Origin: Mytilus californianus
Lineage: Eukaryota
Direction: 5' to 3'
DNA: 64,000 bases
NCBI RefSeq assembly: GCF_021869535.1
Contig: NW_026262690.1
Coordinates: 93,248,001-93,312,000 of the forward strand
The translations under genes were made by a program, and so were the position numbers. Position 1 is the first letter of the stretch. Every line of letters starts with the position of its first letter. Positions 25,701 to 34,700 of the stretch are shown here, in pieces. The notes beneath the pieces are model-generated. The model made no database searches and was not told the DNA's origin. It saw only the letters and a list, made by a program, of their open reading frames with translations.

Positions 25701-28700
25701 GAGGTGATATTACAACACTGGAGATTGATGCTATTGTCAATGCAGCTAATGAATCTTTGTTAGGAGGTGGAGGAGGTAAGATAGACAGGAGCAATTTATT
25801 ATCATAGTTTTAAAACGTGAGATTTTAAAATGAATAAAATGATATTCCTTGATGAAAAAGCAGCACCCACATATGTTTTATTAGTTTTAAAAGTTCTTTA
25901 CTGTTATTGCCAACGAGTCAACTATTCCATGTATTCATAGACCAAATGTCAAAGAACAGGTCACCCTATTGCCTTAAACAATGAGCAAAACCCATTGGTA
26001 TAGCAACATTATTAGGTTTGTTGATAAAATTTGAAGTGAATAATAAAGAATTGATGACAACAGTATATCAGGTTATGTATTTTTTTTTAACTTAGTGGAT
26101 GGAGCTATACACAGGGCAGCAGGGAAAAAACTTGTAGAGGAATGTGCTACATTGAGAGGGTGTAAAACTGGCCAGGCAAAGATCACTGGAGGTAAGTTTA
26201 TGGAAGAATGTGCTACACTGAGAGGGTGTAAAACTGGCCAGGCAAAGATCACTGGAGGTAAGTTAATGGAAGAATGTGCTACACTGAGAGGGTGTAAAAC
26301 TGGCCAGGCAAAGATCACTGGAGGTAAGTTAATGGAAGAATGTGCTACACTGAGAGGGTGTAAAACGGCCAGGCAAAGATCACTGGAGGTAAGTTAATGG
26401 AAGAATGTGCTACACTGAGAGGGTGTAAAACCGGCCAGGCAAAGATCACTGGAGGTAAGTTTATGGAAGAATGTGCTACACTGAGAGGGTGTAAAACTGG
26501 CCAGGCAAAGATCACTGGAGGTAAGTTAATGGAAGAATGTGCTACACTGAGAGGGTGTAAAACGGCCAGGCAAAGATCACTGGAGGTAAGTTAGTTGAAG
26601 AAATTCAATCATGAACCACAATACCATTTAGAAAACAGGGTTGGATTCCGGATTGAGAACAGGTGGACGTGACCCTAAATATTGCTAATCAGAGTTTTTG
26701 TTTCATGCCCCAAAAAATGTCCCTCTGTCAGATCCCTTCATTGGAAAACATCTTCAGTACAAGACAATAACTACTTCCTGTTGTGCATGTTTAGCTTGAT
26801 CATACTATATTGCTAGTACCTTGGATTGTTCTGCTTATGGATGAAAAAGGGAACAGTTATGTGTCAATTTTAGTGGTTGATCTTTGACCTACAAAAATGA
26901 AGTTTTACAAAACTAGGTGATTTTAGCTTAAGAATAATTGTTAAGTAAAGGTATGTGCAAAATGTAAACTGTAATATCTTTGAAATATCATGAATATTTG
27001 CGGAGATTTCATAGTCAAAAGATAGCAAAAATCAGATTTTTCTACAAAATATGAAAAAAGTTTTGACACATATAAAAAGTTTGTTACTTGGAAATATGCA
27101 GTGCATGTAAGTACCATCAAAATATTGACAGGAGAGAGGTTGTTCATATAGACAAACATTGTGGTAAATTATTTATTTGGTACTTCCATTTGATCTATAT
27201 TTGCAGGTCCAAAAACTATGTAAAAATGACCCAAAACTATATATTTTTCATGAAACACATAGAAAGGCTGTTTTCTGATGTCATGTGTAAATAAAAACTA
27301 CTTGGATTTTATTTTTGAATTATTAACTCAACTTTAGGAAAAAACATAAATTGAAATCTTTAATTAAAGTTCAGAATTCAGTAAAAAGTTAGGCTAAATA
27401 TATACGTTACTCCCTGTCCTTTAGAAATTATTGAGAAACTGATGTTCCAATTCCCTCAGGCAATGTTAATCAGAGGTTGATTTGGGTATTTCTTTTAGGT
27501 ACCTTTTGGTCATATAAGCTCTTTAAGTAATTAGGTATTTAGACATCCTTGGTTTTCAAATTTTAAGTTTAAACTTTTCTGATGAATGTTAATGCAGAAA
27601 AGTGCTTCAACTTTAACTTTTTTTTCATTTTCCAAGAAAATGTACCCCAGTATAGCATGCATTTTTTATTGCCAAAATCTGGATGGAAAACTAATATTAA
27701 TCTCAAAACATACAGCAAATGATGTCCAAATATGCAACAACCAATGCTAAGGGGCAAAGGCTGGGCAATTTGAACCTCCACAAACTTATCAGAAGCAATT
27801 TCAGTAAAAAGACATGAACGAGAGAAATAAGGAGTGGGGTTCCCATATACATTAATGAAACAGGAACACACCAACAACAAAAACCCTAAGACATCTACAT
27901 TTTTCAGAATTGTATAATTTTTTTAATAGAAATTTTATTTTTTAGGTTACAAATTACCAGCTAAACGTAAGTATATACTAAATGTCAAGTGTTTCCCTGA
28001 ACCAAGAGTCGTTATATATTTATTGGTATTTTGCGTGTTACTTTGAAGTTATCTAGAAATCGGTTAAGTTTCTGTCTATAGAAAATTAGAAATTATATTA
28101 TGTGATTGCTAAATATTCAACCAAAATTTGATTTATTCAAGTGCTTACCAAACTGTGGTACCTCCATGGGTTGCTTTCATTGTATGGTGTTAGATGAAAT
28201 TTAACTGTAAAATGGCAGTGAAAGGGTTCAGATCCTGGAAATGAGTATTATGATTTTAAAAGCATTTATTATTGATTCCAATTGAAACTAACTCATTTTG
28301 TATGTTGTACTGTGGATAAAATACAAATACTGTGGATTTATTTATTTTTGTGAGTATCAATTTCATGGATTTGGGAAAACTTGCGTTTTCACGGATATTT
28401 GATTTCGTGGTTTTGTCAAAGTCTGCATGCATTCCTATAGAAAACTTGTGATTCAGTGAACGTTTAAATTCATGGGGGGTTCCCCAGTAATCACGAAATC
28501 AACGAAAATTGGTGTCCAATGATTAATAATGAATCCACAGTACTAAAAGATAAAAAAAAATTGTTTTCCAAAGTTACGATATCCAGTATAAAATATACTT
28601 TGTACTGCAGATTCAATTATTCTTCTTGAGTACTAATTTTTGTGGATTGAGCAAAAAATGTATTTTCTGGGATATTTGATAAGGTGGTATTCCCAAAGTC

Positions 28701-31700
28701 TGCATACAAGTCTATATAAAAATTTTTGCTTTCATAAACATTTAAATGCTAGTTCACCTTAACCAACGAAATCCACATGAATTAGTATCCTACAAATAAT
28801 AATGAATCCACAATATTCCAAAAAAAATTAACCATCCCCAGAAAATCATTTTTTTTCTTCTTGACGAAAAGACAGATTTACTTTTTAGATGTAATACACA
28901 CCGTTGGTCCTATAGGAGAACAGAAGGAGATGTTAAAAGGTGCCTACGATAAGTGTCTGCAACTTGTTTACGAAAATGAATTAGTTTCTGTGGTATGTAT
29001 ATAGCTATATTTAAGTTACTGTCTGTTGACACAATTTACCATTTCAGTGTCAAAGACATACTTGGTAATATTTTTGAAAACAATAACCAACACATGTTGA
29101 TTGGTTGTGTAGGTAAATGAAGTATCTTTGGTTAACTTGCTTGCTAGCTGAACCATGAAATCTTTATTAGCTAAGGTACTACCTTCCTATGGTCGGCATC
29201 AACAGTTGAGCAGAGAACAATCACCAGTAGGGACAGTATATAAACATTGTTAAACCAGTTTTGCAAGTCAGTAAAATATTGCAAATGCTTTTAAAACTAT
29301 CTAAATACAATAAATCCTACTTGAGTAGAAATTTCCTTGTGCCTAGCAGCTAAGAATTATGATCCTTTCTAGACGGGTACTTTTTTTTCACAAGTAGCCC
29401 TCTTGACCCTGATACACAACCAAAAGCAAAGGAACAGCCCTTCTAGAATTTATATTTATATATACATTGCATAATGAACTTAATTCTTTTCGGTTGATCT
29501 GAATCAAAATTTGTTCAATCACAATTTTAAACACAAATATTTCAATGAAAAGTTTTAACAATTAAGAATTGTCTTTTTTAGGCTTTTCCTTGCATATCAA
29601 CAGGTATTTATGGTGAGTACCAGTGTTAACAGAGATAACTTTAATCAGTAATGTGTTTGCAATATATAGTTTCATCTATCCTTTTTTAAGCATTTTTGTG
29701 AAACAGGAAAAAAATAATTTGTGTTGCTTAGAAGCTTAAATATTTGTATGAAAATGTACCGAGTTAGATCCCTTAAGTTAAGTCCACCTCTTTATAGAAC
29801 AAATTTTTTTCCCCTTTTCTCATAGGAAAAAGTAAGTCTGAAACAGAATTTCAATTGAAGAAAGAAAAAATTATGGAATTTAAAGTCTATTTGACTGTAA
29901 GCAAAGCCTAGACACAGGATCTGTTTTTCAATCATCCAAAACATTACTCTGTCAAAATATTGCTATTTCCTAAGTTGCTCTTAGTATTTAAAAATTTAAC
30001 TTTCAAATTTAGGTTATTCCAGTGAGAAAGCTGCTCCTGTGGCAATTGAAACTGTAAGAAAGTGGCTGGAAGATGAAGAAAAAGGAGAAAAGGTACATTG
30101 CATTGGTTATCTATAAACACCTGATAAAATGAACCAAAGTCATTGAAAAGGATACAGTTTAAAACCAATATGGTTACTGTTTGGGTTTAGTTGGTTAGTA
30201 CTTCGCTTTGTGTAAATATAAAGACCTAATGTATATTCAAACTCTGTTTACTATACTGACTAGAGACGTTATGCATACAATAAGCGTAATAATGATATGA
30301 TGTTACAATACTTTACTTAGTTACATTACAGTCTGAGCCGTTAACAATAAGTTGCATTAGTTGGTGTCTCTGTATTGCAGCTTATTCATAATAGTTACCA
30401 TTAATATGAATAGAAAATACTGAAAATAATTTATTGCAAAATTATTTGACCAGAGAAGTCTGTCTCATTTTTAACTCCAAAGGTAGCTGTAGGCATATCA
30501 AAATGGCTACCCAGTCTTGCGATAATTAAAGTATGATAATCGTACTCTGACTCAGAAATCAACCAATCAAAATGATGAATATGATGTTTCGAGCACAAAT
30601 TTTGTACTGAATAAAGTTTTATGACAGTAAACCCTGCCCTTCCTCCATCTGTCAGTAAGAGCCTTGCTGATGGAATATTGAGCTATGTGAGATCTATAAA
30701 TAAACTATCATGTTCAGCTGTATTCAATCGGTGAAGTCATTGATACAAATCAGAATTAAAAAACTGAATGGGTCTATGAATACACATGGTTCATCAATCT
30801 TTTATGAATATACATGCTTCATCAATCTTTAAAGACCCAAATGTTGCGAAACACCTGTCCTACCTCCATGAAAAATATGTTATTGCCCCTGCAGATAAAA
30901 CCCCAAACAACATCGTTTTTGTTTGTAGATCACATTACGGTACATAAACTGCTTGATAAAAGAATAAGGTATTGACAATTCACTTGGAAACTCAACATAT
31001 ACCCTCACAACACTTACCAAGGAGGAAATCCTGGATAATTATAGGTCTGTTCTATGTTCCTTTGGAATTTCAACCAAAGATGAAGAACTGGATCTTCCTA
31101 CACTGTATTGGATACCTTAATTACATAAGTGTCCTTACAAACAATGTTATATTGCTGGGTCTTTCAAGTGCTCAACGAAAACTCTGTCTAAATTATTAAC
31201 ATCAATTTTATCAGCAATCAAAGCCGGGCTTCAAAGTTTTTGTGAAACCTACCTATTCTAGAGGTGACTGGAATCAGATGTGGATACTGAAAATTCCAAA
31301 GATCTGATAGAGTACATAAATCTAAGACCCTTTCATCTTGCAATAGTATTAAAACATTTGACTTTTCAACACTTTACACAAGTATTCCTCATTCTTAACT
31401 AAAAGACAAATTGAAAGAGTTGGTCCTGCTTTGTTTCATAAAAAAGAATGGCCAACGTAGATACAAGTATCTTGTCTTAGGGAGGAATAAATCGTACTTT
31501 GTAATAAAATCACTCAAACAAAATTTTTTCTGAAAATGACATTATCAAGATGCTTAATTTCTTGATAGACAACATATTTGTTATGTTTGAAGGACATGTT
31601 TTCAGCAAACAATCGGCATTCCCATGGGAACTATCTGCACCCCTCTTCTTGCCGACTTGTTCCTCTATTCATATGAGGCTGACTTCATACAGTAGCTTCT

Positions 31701-34700
31701 TAGGAAGAAAGAAAAGAAGTTAGCATTATCCTTTAACTTCACTTTCCACTAATAGATGATGTCCTCTCACTAATTAATTCAAAGTTTGGTGACTATGTTG
31801 AATGCACCTATCGCACGAACTTGAGATAAAGGAAACAACAGATACAGTTAAGTCTGCCTCATATCTTGACTTACATCTAGAAATTGACAATGAGGGTAGA
31901 TTGAAAACAAAACTTTACGACAAAAGACATGATTTTAGCTTCCCAAGTGATGTTGCTAAGTCTTTAGTTTTCTATGTTGTATTTTGTGTACTGTTGTTTG
32001 TCTTTTGGTCTTTCTTTTTTGTGCCATGGCATTGTGGTTATGGGATTTTATTCATAAAAAATGGGAGATTTTCCTCTGACTATAACTGATGAAACTTTGT
32101 TGACTCGTTTATATCTACTGAAATAAGCTCCCTTTTGGTTATTTTTATGAATTTCTGATACATTGTATGACATTGAGGAGTTTTAAACTTTATTCATTGA
32201 AAAATCGTTGTTTTGTGTCAATGGGTACCACTATGTGTGCAATAATTTTTTTTTGGGAGGAGGGGGAGGGGTCTTTTTGAGCAGTGCTAACAGTATTTCT
32301 TGTTGATCATATAATATCCTTTAACGCATATAGACAAGCTAAAAGGGCAACAGGTGTATCATGCGCTCATGGCGCAGTTCTTTATTGTACATTGAAACAC
32401 ACAATGGAAGTAGGATTTTTATTTTGTATTCATATAACTATACAAATGTTAGTGTAGAAAAATCTTCCATAAAGTGTATTACAGTATCAGAAGTTTTTAT
32501 TTTATACTTGCATATAGAAAGAGTGAGGTATTATTTTGTTTGTTTACCTATGTACTTTTCTACTTGCAGATAGAAAGAGTAATATTTTGTTTGTTTTTAC
32601 AAAAAGATGTGGATATTTATGAAGAGCTTATGCAACATTACTTCCCTATAGAATCAGATGATAGTGGTATGGAATATTTTATGGCACATTGCTAAAATGC
32701 TTATTACGAAAAAACAACTGTCCTTGAATCCTTTGTGCGCTTTTGCCTTTCTATAGTATGCTTTGGAGGCATGTTTTTATTGCTGGATAAATTTATAGGT
32801 AAAACAATGACATGCTAGATGTTATTAAGCTGCTGTCTCATTGATGTATGTTCCTTTTTTTTAAAAAACAACCAATTATTATACTTTATGTTAAAATGCC
32901 AGATTTTGATTGGCTAATACGAGGGAGATAATTTACTCTGTTTTTTTTAATGTCACCCTTTCATGCAGACCAATAAAAAATCAATATTTTAAAGGACAAT
33001 GAATTGAATTTACATCAATGAATTAAAGACATTGCTCAAGTTCTACATTAAGGCCTCATAATTTTGTCATATACTATCAAAATAAAAAACATTTTGCTTC
33101 ATTTCTGTTGTTTTTCTAATAACTGTAACGTCATTATGTACGTGACATCATAGTTAAGTACTTTCAATTTAAAATTTAATAGTAAAAGACAATAATGATA
33201 GAACATTTAGTATAATAAATTAAATAACACATAGCTGAGAGGGTGGTTGGTCCTACTGTCGCCTTTATTACATTAGGCCAATTCAAAAATTTAAAACTCA
33301 TGGAATGGCAATTCATGACACTGCAATGCATACTTTTAAAAAAAAAATTCAGATGAATGAATCAGGAATGAGTTTCACAAAAAATCTTACAACTAAAGTT
33401 GATCGTAAGTATACTGAATTGTGTAAGACTTACGATCAATTTTAGTCGTAAGATTTTTTGTGAAACTCATTCCAGTATCTTACCATTTTATTGATTTATG
33501 TACTCAAATTATCTGTGCTTTTTATATTGTTTTAGTTCTTTGGCTTAATGCATGACTAATAGTTTTTACTGCTTTAGGGCTGTTCCATTAAAACATACAT
33601 GGTACCCAGGGAAGGCACTTTGAAAACAGAGTGACCACCTATAGAAGCGATTTTAGAGTCCTGCATGATTTTAAACCTATTCAACACAATATTTCACACC
33701 CACCCATAGTGGCAACTTTAAGTTGCCTCCCTGGGTCCCATGTATGTTTTTATGGAACAGCCCTTAGCTTTATACTGCATAAAAATAATGTTTTGGTGCT
33801 TTAGCTTAATGCATGAATATATTTTTTTAATGCTTCAGCTTCATGCATGATTAATAGTTTTTAGTGCTTTAGCTTAGTGAAAAGATGTATGATGTTTTGG
33901 TGCTTTAGCTTAATACCTGAATATATTGTTTAGTGCTTTAAACAAGGAATTATTTGAATCTGGAATAATTTTGAATTCTGGAAAATTGATAAGAAATGTA
34001 TGTTGAAAACTAATCTAACTTAAGTGGGCTAGCCATGCACGCATGGCTAAGGTTAATTTTGCTTTCACTGATATTTCAGTATGAACTAACTAATCCCCTT
34101 AGCCATGCATGCATGGCTAACCCTCCTTAATTGGGTTAGTTTTCATCATACATTTCTTATCAATTTTCCAGAATTCAAAATTATTCCAGACTAATAATTC
34201 CTTGTTTTTAGCTTAATGCATGACTAATAGTTTTTACTGCTTTAGCTTTGTGCATAAATATAATGTTTTGGTGCTAAAGCTAAATGTATGAATATATTGC
34301 TTTACAGAAGTGCTTTCACTTAATACATATCTATATTTTCTTTTTTGTAGTCTTTAAAATGCATGTAATGACTTGTTTATGACATAATTATGTATGTTTT
34401 AAAATGTTGATCTGTATTTTGCATGTTATGTCTCTTTTTTTACGTAATTTGTATTTATGAGTAGTACCTAGTTTGGTTTTAAAAGCTCTGATGAGTTTAT
34501 GTTATAATGTTTTGTATATGAACCAACTCTAAATAAATCTTTTGATTTGATAACGAATTGTTGGTTATAATCAAGATTCCTCATTTAAGATCTTGGTATC
34601 TTCCATGAATGTGAGAAATTTCATCTTTATATGATAGGGATACTGTAAATTAAAGACATCATAACATAACATGAACTCTTCATTCAAGTGCAAATTATCT

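Larger units (their letters stand above)
33520..34340. repeat. Degenerate minisatellite (about 35-40 bp) interrupted by two MITEs
   Basis: Recurrent tgctttagcttaatgcatga.taat.gtttt units. Confidence 0.75.

Noticed and set aside
26137-26593. Possible CRISPR-like array
   Set aside because: Head-to-tail near-identical units with no unique spacers, eukaryotic context, no cas genes.
30822-31945. Domesticated reverse transcriptase or telomerase-like gene
   Set aside because: Multiple stops and frameshifts, including in PKLHK and YIDD; an ordinary dead Penelope-like copy.
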